Source of the DNA: Trypethelium eluteriae
Taxonomy: Eukaryota
DNA length: 40,106 nt
Reading direction: 5' to 3'
Assembly (NCBI GenBank): GCA_051942245.1
Contig: JAVECL010000172.1
Location: 1-40,106, forward strand
The position numbers were made by a program, and so were the translations under genes. Under the pieces are notes generated by a model, which ran no database searches, was not told the origin of the DNA, and saw nothing but the letters and a program-made list of their open reading frames with translations. This document shows positions 10,752-24,165 of this stretch, piece after piece. Within the stretch, counting starts at the first letter, position 1; each line of letters starts with the position of its first letter.

Positions 10752-13700
10752 TCATTCTCCACTCCCTTTCCCGCCTTCCTGACCTCCGTTCTTCCCATTC
10801 CCACCCGAAGCGCCGTCCTTGCTCGCCAAACCCGGAAACAACGGCCGCACGATAATCTCCTCCCCCTCCTCATCATCTTCCTCCTCCTCGCCCTCCTCCA
10901 CCAACTCACTCAACTCACTCTCGTCATCCGCACTATCATGCACACTCCCCGGCGCACTCTCCTCCACCTTCTCCTTGTCTTTCTCCTTCTCCTTCTCCCT
11001 CTCCTTGTCCTTTTCCTTTTCCTTCTCCCCTTGCCTCCCACCCTCCGCAGCGCCCCTAATCTCCACCACAGCCTGCGAGCGCGCCGGGATCTCCACCGCG
11101 GCCATTGTCGTCGTCGTCCCTGGCGTCGCCGTCGCGCTCGTCGAGGACGGCGTAGGCACGACCGCAGGTTTCGACTGCGCGGCGGCAGTGGAAGGCGCAG
11201 CAGCAAGAACGATGGGTTTCTGCGTGGTAGCTGCCTCTGCCGCCTGCCGGATCTCGCGGCGGCCGACACCGCGGACCCGCGCGGGTTTCGCGGCTTGGTC
11301 GGCAGGTACGGCAGCAGCAGTGGCGGGAGGGATGGAGGGTGTTGGAGTGGCGGTGTCGGCGGTGTCGTTCGCGCCGTCCGTGTTGTTCATCATGTTGCTG
11401 AGAGACATGACGCTTTCCTTTTCTTTTGGAGGAGGTGGTGGCGGTGGAGGAGGAAGAGGAGGAACGGCTGGAGTTTCGGTAGGGGTTGGAGTTAGCGCGG
11501 CTGCGTCGAGCTCTTGGCCGATAGTGTCGTAGAGGAGGGCGTAGGCGTCGCCGATAAGGTCATCGATGAGCGTGGATTTCATGAGCGAGTTGTTAAGTCG
11601 CTTCAGTTCGATGGTTTCACGGAGGACATCGAGGAGGAGGTGGTTGGTGCTGGGTTGACGCGACCAGGTTTCGATACGAGTAGCACGCTTTTGGAAGTCT
11701 TCGTGGCTGACGGATTTGAAGATGGCGTCTTCATGCCCTTCGGGGACATCAGCTGCCCGTCGGAGGAGTCGAAGGTAATTCTGACAGACATCCTGCCAGA
11801 GTTTCGTGTGGTTGAGGAAGTCGTTGGATTTGCGGCGGAGGCGTTTGGCGAGAGCTTCGAGGTTTGCTCGGTCACCGGACTGGACGAGGAGCTGGACGAA
11901 GAACGTGGAGTAACGCGTAGTGTAAACAAAATGTCGTCCAGGTCGCTCGTTCTCCGGTTTCCAGACTTGTACGGTCATGGTCTTGGTGAAAATCTGCTGC
12001 ATCAGCTCAGATTTGGCAGCGTTAGTTGCCGTCTCGTCGTCGCCGCTTTGATAGATGATGGTTGCTGCCCTAGCAGTCATGCGATGATGCCAGTTTGACT
12101 TGTCAGCTACTCGCATGTTCTTCAGCACCTGCAGAACGTAAGTATTCCAAGCTTCGCGATCGTCCGGAGGTGACACCCCTTGGGCATATTGCGTCGTATC
12201 ACTCAACGCGCGAACTGCTTCGGCGAGATCAAGTTCTGACCGCTCCACCATCTTGTGAACGATTGAGACAAGCTTGTAGTGTGGTTCGAGTATTGGATAC
12301 TGTCGACCGTCTCGGCGTTCGGGAAGAGCTTTGATGGCCTTGATAAAGGCATCAAGGACAGCATAAACAGTGGGAACCTTCGAACCACCCTCTTCGACGC
12401 AGTGCATTTTCCATAGACATTTCCCAAGCATGTAGTGATTTGACCAATTCTCTGGTTTGCCCATGATTGCTCTCCGAAACATTGCACTTGCTAGCCTCCA
12501 TGCTATGTAGGGTTGCAGAGCCTGAAACGGACTTTTCTTGTATATAACCTCTCCACTGAAGGTCCTCTCGAATTCATCGACAGAAAACGCCGCCATAGAA
12601 AATGGCTCTCGACTTGAAGAATACAATCGAGTGCCAAAGTCAGCGTACAAGTCCGCGATCTTACTGGATGTCTCAAACGAGAAGTCTGCAGATTGGATTG
12701 AGAGAGCTACAGCCAAAGTGTAGCAATGAATCGCTGCTCTCTGATTCTGAACAATGTCTTGACTATTGTTATTCAGCCCTTCAGCTGACCACAACACACT
12801 CTCTTCAACTTGCACATCATAAGCCTGTGCAAGTCGATACCACGTTTCCCACTTCTCAGCGGAGTATTCAATGTCCTGAACGAAAAAAGCGATGGCGAGC
12901 ATGACATCCTCGGTTGGAACTGCGCCAACACGTTTTTGAGACCGGAAGCGGGTAAGTGCCATCTGCCCCATTAAAAAGTACCATCCTTTAGATGCTGCAG
13001 GCGCTTCGTGAGGAGAGACGGGTACAGTAGGAAGGCCACCAATGCCATCAAGACACTGGAAGAGGCTCAAGGGTTGAATTGGCATCTTCATCTTCGCACG
13101 GTATACGGCTCGATTTCGATTCATACCCTCAGAAGGCTTGTTCTTAGGAAGCGATCCGTGGATTTTCTCAATCGCGTTCTTGAGCTCTGTCTTCGTCAGC
13201 TCTTTGATATTGATCCTCGATGCTTGTGTCAAAACGAAGTCAAGCAGAGCAAGTGCGGTTTTGCGGTCGAGAGGTTCCGGTGCACAAGCATGATCTTCCT
13301 TCAAATGATTGCTTGGGAAAACGTCTAAGCCATAAAGATCAAAGAGTACTTGAGCGAACTCGGACTCAAAATCTTGAACATGACTTATTTGCAACATCTC
13401 CTTCCGCAATAGACGAAGAAATGTTCGGTGAGAACCCTTACAAAACCCTCGTATGCCTGTAGCACGATGAACGACTCGGAGGAAATCGAATTTATCGTCA
13501 AGTGGCGTCAGTGACGGAGTTGCTGATTGGACAAGGCCTTCGGAAAAGAGAATGTACTGAAGCTTCCATAGACGGACTTGCATATCTTGTATTCTCGAAG
13601 CCAGCATGGGTAGAATTGAAGGAGCCCCGTTCTCTCCTTGAGGAGGCTGTAGTTGACCGATTTTTACAGCATCATGGTACATGGTGAAGGTATGCAGAAG

Positions 13701-16700
13701 TTCCGTAAAAAACATCAGGGCCTGAAAGGAGGATTGGACATGGTCGATGTCGACGCACTCAAAAGCCTCTCTATTTCCGTCGGTAATGATGAGAACCCGA
13801 ACACAAAGCTCATCCAGCATCCTCAGCATCTTTATAAGAGTGAAATGGCGTTGGTCTTGAGCGCTTTCCCGATGAGAAGGCAGACTCAACTCTCGGACCA
13901 GACATTCGATACTTCTAAGGTAGCAGGACATGATCTTAGATGGGTAATCGATGGCCTCGTATGCTTCCCGCAAACGCTGCCAAAGAGACAGCTTAACAGA
14001 TATCGACCCACTCTCCAAAAATTTGAAAAGCTCGTCAAAGATTGGCGAGACATGGACATCAGGACCCAAGGCTTGATGCAATTTGGACCCGTTGACTCCA
14101 TCCACTACTTCCGCTATAGCTGACCCGCCGTTGTCGTAATACTCGCTTGATGCTGTCAGACTTCGGCCAGCAAGCGACGCTTCAAGAACCGGCTCTAAGC
14201 TTTCAATCACAGTGACAGGATCGCTTTGGTATGGATCAAATACTTTGATGAAGAAGTCTTTAGTAGTGAGCCTCGAGATCTCTCGTGCGACGGCAGAGAC
14301 AGAAATCTCAGGCATAATTGCGTTGTTCTGGAGATCGATCATAGGACTCCCACAATCTTTGATGGTCTTTTTGAGGTCTTCGAGACAGAGAAGAACATGA
14401 TCTTGAGGCACACCATCGCAGACACTGAGATGGAAGGCAGTGGCCCACAAGTGGCGTAGTCTTAGAGTCTGTTGGTCTGAAAACTGGTCGTCTCGATAGG
14501 AAGTTTGCTCCAAAGAACATTGCGCAAGTTCCGACCAACGCGCTAAGCGCTCCTTTTGCAGAGTCTGTGTAGTCAAGTCCACCCCACTACCTGGATGCTT
14601 GATCAATGAATAGACATCAAGGTGTAGTTCGAACAATGCTTGAACCATCTCTACTGATCTTTGACGTTCTAAACTCGCATGTGCATCGTCTGCTGCCACT
14701 TTCAGTTCAAAGTTCTCGAGCATTGACGCGAATATGAACTCATCCAGATTGACGATAATTCTGACGACTAGTGCCTTGAGAGGATCAGACCAAAGATGCA
14801 TCGTGTAACTTGTGGTGAGGCCTTCAAGACCTGGAAAATATCCTGGTTTCAGAAAGTATTGCACCCACCCCAGTGCCGCCTCTTGAATATGGGTCCATTT
14901 GGTGTTGATATCTCGAGAGAAATGACCCAGTCCTTCTCCACCTACAAGTAGAGTTTTTGAGGTTGTTTTCGTACTCGATCGCTTAGCGTGACCAAGTATT
15001 GCCGCCAGCCCAGCTTGTGGAGAGGTACTACCCAACTCATCAATCACGTCGCCTGCGGCCAAAAGCATCCGGGCAAGGTCATTGGCTCTTATCCGTACAG
15101 CAGACTGAAAATCTGAGACAGCTGTATTGAAATTGCGGTCAGAGCTAGAGCTAGAGCTAGAAGCCGCTGAATCGGGAGGTAACGAATTGTCTCTCTCAAA
15201 ATAGGCCATCTCTCTAAGCTTCTGAGCTCGGGGAATGTCGTCTAAGCCTATCTTTTGAAGCAAAATTCCCAAAGTGTCGAAGAGAATGTCATCTGCTTGG
15301 ATGTAGGGTTCTAGTTGTTGCTCAAAATGCTTCCAAGGATCTACTGCAGCTTCTTCAGTTGCACTGGTTCCTTCTGTAACAGAATCGCGGGCTCGAATGC
15401 GTTTGCTTCGCGCTCTTGTGCCCTCGTTACCTTCTAGACCCGCAGAGTCGTGGGAGCGCTTCCTGTTGGATCCATCCTTCGCTTCGGAGGGGTCCTTGTT
15501 GCCCTCTTCGTTCTTGAATTCATTTACGGATTTATGGTCATCGTCTTTTTGGTCATCCTGCACCTGCTCCGAAGTGGAAACCGCTGACGTTGGGGGGACG
15601 GCCACTGGAGAGATCAGACTACCCGCATCTATTTCCTTCTTTTGTTGGGCTTGAGGGTTCACCAAGTGCACTTCACCGGAATTTTGAAGCAGTGGCTCCG
15701 GGAAAATTTCGAGGAAAATACCGCTGCTAGAGCTTGTATCAATCACACCATCTTTCTCCATGAGAAATTGACGTAGTAAAGCCTCTCCAACTTCAACCCA
15801 GTCGGACCTTAAGGGACCGAGTGCTAGTCGCGGAGCAGCAGTAGGATCTGAGAGAGAGACTCTTCCTTTAGCAAAGTGACCGAGACGAGCGGCGACTTCA
15901 TTCATGGACTCGAGTGGTCGATCTAGTGCGGCTGCCAACTTGCTAGCACGAAGACGGATCTTAGTTTCTCGGGATTTGAACATATCGTCCCCAATCGCTT
16001 TGGTAATCTGAGCATATTAGTCATTTCCTCAAGGAGTGCAGCCACCTGAAGATCCTACCTTGGCATAGTCAGACGCGGCCAGCGAATCCTGTATGCCAGG
16101 TAAAGTGAGAGGTCCACCGGTTCCACGAGCATGCTTATCTAACAAAGCTTCTAGACAATATCGCGCCGTTCGCTGACTGCCAAGTAGAGAGGTGATTGAA
16201 GATGTTCGCCTCCATAGATCGAGGTCGGTACCATCTTTGTCCAACGCTTCCACAAAGTATTCAAGAGCAGCAGCAGCTGTCGCAGAAGGTTGCCCGTAGG
16301 TGAAATTCACAGCACCAGTGTCTCTACCATCGCCGGTGGTCTTTCCTATTCCTGAGCGCAACAGCTCCAGCCAGTACTCTCCATGGTTTTTGTATGATAG
16401 GTGGAGTATCTGCGGTAATGTGCTCGGGGCACTCTCTCCAGATCCCGTCGCAACTACGGCGGTCTTCTGTGCGGCGTCGTATGGACGAAGCGCATCTTCA
16501 GGAGGAGCCTCGTAGAGCTGGTAACGACGGAGCTCTGACAATGACTCGGGATATCGAAAGATTTCGGATTCGAATAGAGCTCGATACGCATCCCCCGCCT
16601 TGTCATAGCTTTGTGGTCCCTGAGAGTGATATTTGAGCGCAGTTTGGTATAGTTTCAGCGCTTCCTCAATCTGGACTTCCTTGGTATCATCAATCTCGTC

Positions 16701-16811
16701 GTCGCTTTCGTCGTCGGACTCGATGTTTAGAGCTCTAAAAGATGCCTGTACAATCTTTGTGTCAGCAAAGACAATATTGAACGCAGGAACGATGAGTCAG
16801 GTACCCACCAT
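10752..16811 (-). CDS. HIR3: Histone transcription regulator Hir3 (HIR/HIRA histone chaperone complex, CABIN1-like), about 1981 aa, 3 coding exons
   Basis: Exons 16811-16809 (ATG only), 16745-16059 and 16007-10752; introns GTGGGT..GCTGAC..CAG and GTAGGA..ACTAAT..CAG. N-terminus MASFRALNIESDDESDDEIDDTKEVQIEEALKLYQTALKYHSQG; conserved ILEPHYKLVSIVHK, DKSNWHHRM, VWKPENERPGRHFVYT; low-complexity C-terminal tail. Confidence 0.9.
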
Positions 16812-17305
16812 CTTAAATGCGATATACAATAGTTATACTGTAGTTGCGGTGATGCGCATGGGGATTTTGACGGCGGCGGAGGACTACTAAGGAAACGGCA
16901 AAAGGCCTGAAGAGGGTAGGAGGAATGGATCATGGACTTAGTAATGCGTCAAGCATTGGAAGTGCTTGGTCAGTGTGATTGCCATTGAGCATTGGGGTCC
17001 CCCGGTGGATTGAGTGATATGTCCGTCAGTGCCTTCGTCGCGACAGCTTCTGGTGCGGGAGTTTCACGCGCGAGGGTCCCAGCATTTTAACCAGCAACGA
17101 GCTCGCACTCTTCGAAGATCTCAACGCACTTTGTGCCTCGCCAATTTCTTGCCTGGAGAAGGCCGGCTCTCTCAGAAAATGGTTATTGCTTTATAATACA
17201 TTTGCTGTGCACCTGGGGCTTTTGTTGTCTAAACCGCTCCCCTGTGTGCTGGCTTTCAACACCTTTCGTCCGAAGTGTCCTTGAGCGACCTCCGCTGAAC
17301 GCATT

Positions 17306-19617
17306 ATGATCGCTCCAGCTGTTCCAGAGTATGTCGGCCACAATTATGCGATTACCAGAAAGAAACTTCTCTTGCGGAAGGGTTGTGGTCGCGCTATTTG
17401 TCCACAACCCGGAGCATTGAGCTTGTAACTCCAGATCCTTGGTTCTCTCAAGCTGACAGGTAGAACCTAGAATATTTGAAGATGAGCTTCAGTCGGTAGT
17501 CGATTCCCGAACAGATACGCTGCAGACCCTCCGAGAGCTTGGCCCCCCTGATCTCGTCCACTTGGTCAAGCAGCCAACGAAATCAACATCTACTGCAAAA
17601 CAAACGGGCGTCTACCATCATGTTACCGGCGTCGATGCTTCCTCATCCGCGAGTCTTGCTGCCTATATCAATACATTGACATATTCTCCACATGACAAGT
17701 CCCATAAGGTCATATCAGGACTCTACTGCTGCTACAACGCCTTCTCCAGACTCGATATGCGGGTTCAAGTTCAGATTCCCGGAACAGTGGAAAGCTATTG
17801 CATTGACGAGCGAGGCGACAAGCGGGTAGCCTCTGAGGAGCTGTGGCTGGAAACCTATCTCTGTAGTGTCCTACGCGCATACTCGTACGCGGATGATGGC
17901 TCTGGAGATACAATTAAGAGAATAGTAGGAGTTCGACGGTTCAATCCTATTACAAGCACCGAAGCAGAGCATAAATTTCTTGATGCGGCGGAAAGGCTTT
18001 TCTTTAATGGCTGGCAATTGGGCTCAGATCCTGAAATCCAAGTTCCAAATCTTGTGTCGAATCACTTGGCAACGGGACTTTTACAATACGTTCATACCAC
18101 TGGACGATTTGCTTCTGGGATCAATTTATTCGAGAAATTGCGCACAAGGGATCCCGAAATCTCATCACTACTTGCCAGGGTCTTCATATCTGCGGATGAG
18201 GAAGTCAAAGCCGTGCAGCTGTTACATGAAGCTATACAGGATTTGCCTATGGACTACTCCTTGCTCGACTGCCAAGCTGAGTTCTTGAGATCCAAGGGAC
18301 GTGGCGACCTCGCATTGGAGATCGCCAAGCGGAGCGTTGTCTCGGCACCTAGCGAATTTGGAACATGGGCTCGGCTGGCGGAAATCTACGTCAGCCTTGA
18401 GCAATGGGATCTAGCGTTACTTACGCTCAATTCCTGCCCAATGTTCACTTACCAGGATAAAGATGCTCCTCGTCTGCCTGAGCCAGTAAGAGTTTCTTTA
18501 CCAGTCCTGCCGGAGAGTATCTGCGACGAGATTGATGATGCTGGCGCTGTTGGAGATGTCGAAATGGTTCATCCGACCCTGCGGAAGCTACACGCAGCCG
18601 GCTTCCGAGGGACATTTCTCAAGGCGTATATACTTCTCACAGAGGTCGCGAACAAGATTGGCTGGGACCAGCTCCTACGAGTTCGCAGTCAGGTCTTCGT
18701 TATGGAGGAGGAGTACAGACACGAGCGACAGGTATCAACCTCACAGCCGCCGAACAGTCGCAATGCCAGCACGACAGCACTGAGAGGGACACCGAGCCCA
18801 AAAGTCAACGGGCACGAAGAAAGTGAACCGGGCAATGACGAAGAGCACAATGCCAGCAATGGTGAAGCAGCTGCCGACGCTGCAGCCACGGCAGGTCAGT
18901 CCCTTGAAATTCCTGGTCATACTGTGGCGTCGGAAGTCGTGAAAGCTGGGAGCGACGATGTAAGTCAAGGCTCAGGAAGCAGGATCAGAATAATTTGGTC
19001 ACTAATGTGTCAATAGCCGGACCCATCTCAATCGAGTTACACTCAATTCCAAAATAAAAGGCTTTGCGAACGTTGGTTGGACAACCTATTCATGGTTCTC
19101 TACGAGGATCTGCGGGTCTATACGATCTGGAGGACGGAAATGGCACAATATCGGCAGCAACAGCTCCAATACAAGAAGTCTGCTGAAGAGTGGGAGATAC
19201 TGGGAGAACTGGCCGAGAGATTACATCATTTCGACGAGGCGGTGGAGGCATATCAAGCCTGTCTTGGCATTCGGTTCTCGCCCAAGGCCATGAAAGGGGT
19301 GCTCAAACTGTACGAAAAAAGCGGTGATGTGCGGATGATTCTGGGTGCTCTAATTCGGTTGGTCACCTGGCAATACAGGTGGTATTCTGAGGTAAGTCCA
19401 GACCCTGTGGTGCTAAACCGACTCCACTTTTGCCGTTAACCTTGACTAGTTTTCACCCTCGTTGCTCTTCACGATTCGTAAACTCATTGAAGAAGAAGGT
19501 GCAGTCAAGGTCCGGAGTATTATACAAGCTACCAGCTTGCCGCAGCACGTGCTGGATCTCACTCACCAGTATGCAGCATTGTGCGCTGCATTTAGAAGCA
19601 GCGGCAGTGACGGGTGA
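17306..19617 (+). CDS. ChAPs family exomer cargo adaptor (Chs5p-Arf1p binding; Bud7/Bch1-like), about 684 aa, 4 exons
   Basis: Exons 17306-17328, 17471-18959, 19017-19391, 19450-19617, all with GT..AG introns in frame. MIAPAVPE|IFEDEL...LRELGPPDLVHLVK, GLYCCYNAFSRLDMRV, ALLTLNSCPMF, IGWDQLLRVRSQVFVMEEEYR, KRLCERWLDNLFMVLYEDLR, WQYRWYSE|FSP. Confidence 0.92.
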
Positions 19618-20690
19618 ATGGATGCCGCAAAATGATGCAATCAAGGCAAGTCATCGAATGGAGGGCCAGTATCTGTATGCAAGGAGGGGTGCTGTGCCAC
19701 CGGCCAAAGCGAGGTGTGAACAGGCAGCGATATACCCCACGGATGCAAGCTTTGCTAATAGTCAGTAATATATTCGGGTATCCGAGGCACCATGTGCCCT
19801 TAATGACGTTGCGGCTGGTATGAATAGAAGCTTTACGGGGTTGCACAGCCGTAAGCTGAAGCGTCGGTCTCAGGAGTCTACTAGACCACTTCTTAGAAGC
19901 ATGCAAGAAAAACCTATCTACCTAGGCATGAGAGCACTTTCTTTTTCATCCAACTAGTCTTTAACGTACAGGACGATGAAACGGTGGGTCGGGGTCGGGA
20001 TGGATCAGAGACGAATGTGGGATAACGGTGGAAGGGCCAATGGGTGGAGTCGGTGACGGAGGCCGCCCCTGCCCTGCCTGAAGACCCTCGCACCTACCCA
20101 GTACGTCTCGGACCCTGCGTCCGGGTCCGCCACCTGCATATCGAACCCTTCGCAATACGTAATGGTAGAGATTGCTAGAGATTGCCTCAAGCTACAACTC
20201 GTGCGCGTGATGCGAGATTGGATCCGTCCACCCCTTCTTGAAACGAACTTCACTCAACCCTCTCTTGTCGCCGCGCATCGTCCAAGTGCGCAGCGCACAG
20301 TGCAGGTGGCGACGACGGTGAGGCTGAGAATTGTCAATCCGTCGCGCCGTGCTGTGTAATCCTCCCTTGTCTCTGCTGAGCGGTGACGTAGTTCGCTCAC
20401 TCACCACCCATTGTTGTTGCACTTACCAAACCTCCAGAAGGGGATTGCAAAGCCCCAACACTTATCCCGAGTCTTTAGCATCCTCTGATCCGACGCTGAA
20501 TCTCCAGCTTACCTTCCGCTTGTGGATCAACGCCATGCCCTCCGTCTGCCCTTTATCTCCTGCTGCTTCCCCAAATTTCGTTGGCCGACGCTAGACTCGA
20601 CCCTGCGTCTCCCTACGTTACCCTATCCAACTTCCATTCTCTCACGCACACTATCCTCCACCCTCTTCTCTTCCCGATCGGGCGAGTGCA

Positions 20691-23480
20691 ATGTCGACCA
20701 CGACCTCCTCAGCTCGGTCGCCTGGCCCTTGGGAAAATGTTCACTCAAGAAGTCCATCTTTCCAGCACTCGAGGACGAGCACGACTCCCGCTGGTCGCCC
20801 ATCACGCGAGCCCGGCTCCGTAGGCCAAAATTTGCCTCCCATATCTCTCAACGCTTCCCTCTCGCCCCATAAACAACGCTTTCCTCCGCCCTCCCGTCAT
20901 ACCCGAACGCCGAGTCCAAATTACTTTGGTCTTCAAGTTGACGCGGCCGAAGGCTCGTCGAGCAGTCAATTTGCTCGAGCGAACTGGAGCCCACCTTCAT
21001 CAAATGTCCGCTCTGCCGCTGCTACATCCCCAAGTGTGATTCCGCTTGATCAGAATCCGGATTTTGAGGCGTTTAGAAGACAGTCGGAATCTGCTGCTTT
21101 CAGTCTTGGCAGGCTTTCTGATGGCAGAAGATCCTCATCACACCCTGCTGGTGTATCTGATGAGAACCAAAACAAGGCATCACAAAATCAGAACAGAGGT
21201 TCGCCAAATGGCGGTCGTAATACTTCCGTGACAGATCGACAGGGGGATAGCACCATGGATGAGGGGCCTCCCCCTATTCAGCCTGCATCACGCTCCCCAA
21301 AGCGTTTGTTGTCATCTGATTCGGCAAATATCACAGGGAGACCACGGCGTAATTCTCCAGCAAGCTTTGGTGATACCAGGGATGACTCAAAACCTGGAGC
21401 AGCGACAATACCTACCGAAGCCGTTTCGCGCATTTCCTTTCCGCCCAAGGAGATAAGCCCAGCGATGGCACTGAGCAACCACCGTGGCGAGACATTACCG
21501 GTCTCACTGGAAAGTAACAATCCCGGTTTGATAACGCCACAGCATCTGATCAACATTATGGACTCGGCCCATGAAGAGGTTCTTCTGCTCGATATTCGTG
21601 TTTCAACGCAATACGCTCGCTCACGGATACCTGGGGCTCTGAGTCTTTGCATTCCTACGACGCTGTTAAAGAGGCTTTCCTTCAATGTCCAAAAGCTCGC
21701 AGAGACATTCAAAGAGGACACAGAGAGACAAAAATTCGAGCGGTGGCGGACAAGCAAATACATCATTGCGTACGACGCAGCATCTTCAACATTGAAAGAT
21801 GCTGTCATATGTGTCAATACGTTGAAAAAGTTTGCCAATGAGGGCTGGGATGGTGCTTCGTACATTCTCAAAGGAGGCTTCGAGGAGTTTTCAAAGCTCT
21901 TTCCCTCTTTTATAGACTCCCAGAGCAGTGGATCGTCTGCACCCGCGAAGAACTTAAAGCTGGAATCCCGTCCAGAGATTGCACCAGTTGTTGGAGGCTG
22001 TCCGATGCCGGCTACCAAATCTGCGGCAAATCCCTTCTTCGGCAACATACGACAAAACATGGACTTAATTGGAGGTGTCGGTCAGATGCCAATCAACCAT
22101 CCCAAATCGATGACCCGGCAGGGTTTCTCCGAACTTCCAATCTGGCTTCGTCAGACTAGTGATGAGAAGAATAATGGCAAAAATGTCTCGGATAAGTTTC
22201 TTCAAATCGAGAAACGGGAGCAAAAACGCATGCAGGAGGCTCTTTCTGGCAACGTTGAGTATGGATCGCCTGACGGAGGGGATACTACCAATAAAGTGCA
22301 AATTGCTGGCATTGAGAAGGGCTCAAAGAATCGGTACAATAACATTTGGCCCTTTGAGCACTCGAGGGTCAGATTAAGAGGGGTTCCCGATGGCGGGTGT
22401 GATTACATCAACGCAAACCATGTTCAAGCCGAATGGTCCCGTAAGCGCTACATTGCTACACAGGGACCAATCCCCGACACCTTTTCTGTAAGTCTTCATA
22501 CTTTTTCTTCCATCCTGCTATCCTGCTGACGGAAATGCCCTTAGGACTTCTGGAGGGTCATCTGGGACGAAGACATCCGCGTCCTCGTCATGCTTACCGC
22601 CGAGAAAGAAGGCGGCCAGATCAAAGCTAACCGCTACTGGGACGACCACCAATACGGGCCGCTTACCCTCCGCTTCCTCTCCGAACACCGCGCCTCTGTC
22701 GAACCCTCCCGCATCCACAAACGCGCCAAATCCACCCACTCCTCCTCATCCTCCTCTAGTAACACCCAACGACGTTCCACCCACCCTTTGAACCTTGCCG
22801 AGCAGGCCTCCGCCGCAGCCCCCTCCGTCTCCGCCGACGAACCCTTCGTCATCGTTCGCCGCTTCTCCCTCTCCCACGCCAACCAGCCGTGGACCCCGCT
22901 TCGTGAGATCACGCAGCTGCAATATGCGTCGTGGCCGGATTTCGGGGCTCCCGCGCACCCGGCGCACCTGCTGGGGCTGGTAGAGCAGTGCGACGCGGTG
23001 GTACGGGCGTCGCAGCAAGGGCAAGAGGAAAAGAGCAAGCCTGTGCTGGTACACTGCAGCGCGGGATGCGGACGGACAGGGACGTTCTGTACGGTGGATT
23101 CCGTCGTGGATATGCTGCGGAGGCAGAGGAGATGGAGGAAGGATGTCGGGAGGAGCGAAGGTAGCAACAGCAGTGGAAGTGGCAGTAGTGGCAGCGTTTA
23201 CGCAGGAGCAAGGGGGCAACAACGGCAGACGGATCCGATGGATGTCGACTCGCAGCCGAAACACGATAGCTTTTTTGGTGCGGATGTGGCAAGATTGGCG
23301 GCGCGGGAGCAGCAGAGTGGGAATTGGTTGGAGAGGGATGATGTCGACCTGATTGAAAAAACGGTTGAGGATTTCCGACTGCAAAGGCTGAGCATGGTTC
23401 AGAGTCTACGGCAGTTTGTGCTCTGCTATGAGACAATATTGGAGTGGATGGTTGGGGAGCAGATGCCGCGGACAGCATGA
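20691..23480 (+). CDS. MAPK-directed protein tyrosine phosphatase (Pyp1/Ptp2/Ptp3-like; rhodanese-like plus classical PTP domain), about 910 aa, 2 exons
   Basis: Exons 20691-22487 and 22545-23480; intron GTAAGT..GCTGAC..TAG. Rhodanese-like LLLDIR...ILKGGF; PTP motifs KNRYNNIWPFEHSRV, DYINAN, YIATQGP, WPDFG, catalytic VHCSAGCGRTG and QRLSMVQSLRQF. Confidence 0.93.
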
Positions 23481-24165
23481 TGATATTCTCGCTTCACTAT
23501 TCTATGGTGGAAGAGAGGAGAAGCTATGATGTCTAGGGCATGATGCTCCGAGTGTGAACGCAGTTATCGGTAATGGTCATCGGTACATATACGAAGGGGA
23601 GGAAATAAGGGGTTAAGACTTAATGTGTAAGACGTATTTCCTAAATCAGACCTCTCCAAGGAGTCCCGGACAGGCGCATTTTGGCATTGCCTGTATGTAT
23701 AGAATGAGCATGATTGGATTAGATTGGCTTACTGGTTCGGCAAGAAAACACTACAAAAGGAGAGTAACAGTACGATAGGCATTTTATGAGCTATGTACAT
23801 ATTCGCATGGTTCCCACAGTACGAAATTTTTAATTTGATTACGAAATATTAATGATGTAACCTCAAGGTAGTCAGTCAAGCGTTCTGTTTTCATAGTTTA
23901 ATCTTCACGTCTTCGATACATGGTTTTCCCAAATAGTCACAAATGTGACCCATCAAATTGGAACTCGGGAATTAATTATAAAAGTCCTAGGTCGATAACC
24001 GTCCAAGCTAGCCACCGTCCAAACTGCTCCAAGCATAAATAGGATACAAGAATTGCACAGGGTGACTCGATTGCTCGAAACCGTCTTTCTACATGTGTGC
24101 AACCGTCCATCCATTGAAAAGCAATGTAGCCGTTCTATATCTAACATGGTTTTCGATACACTTCT

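Noticed and set aside
9466..11532. Long antisense or alternative-frame ORFs over the ZUO1 and HIR3 tails (286, 281, 237 aa)
   Set aside because: Shadow ORFs caused by low-complexity, compositionally skewed coding sequence; translations are poly-L/R/S without domain features.
15141..15160. (gagcta)3 microsatellite, plus poly-P and KE tracts in HIR3 and poly-Q in BRL1
   Set aside because: Ordinary in-frame low-complexity tracts in predicted disordered regions.
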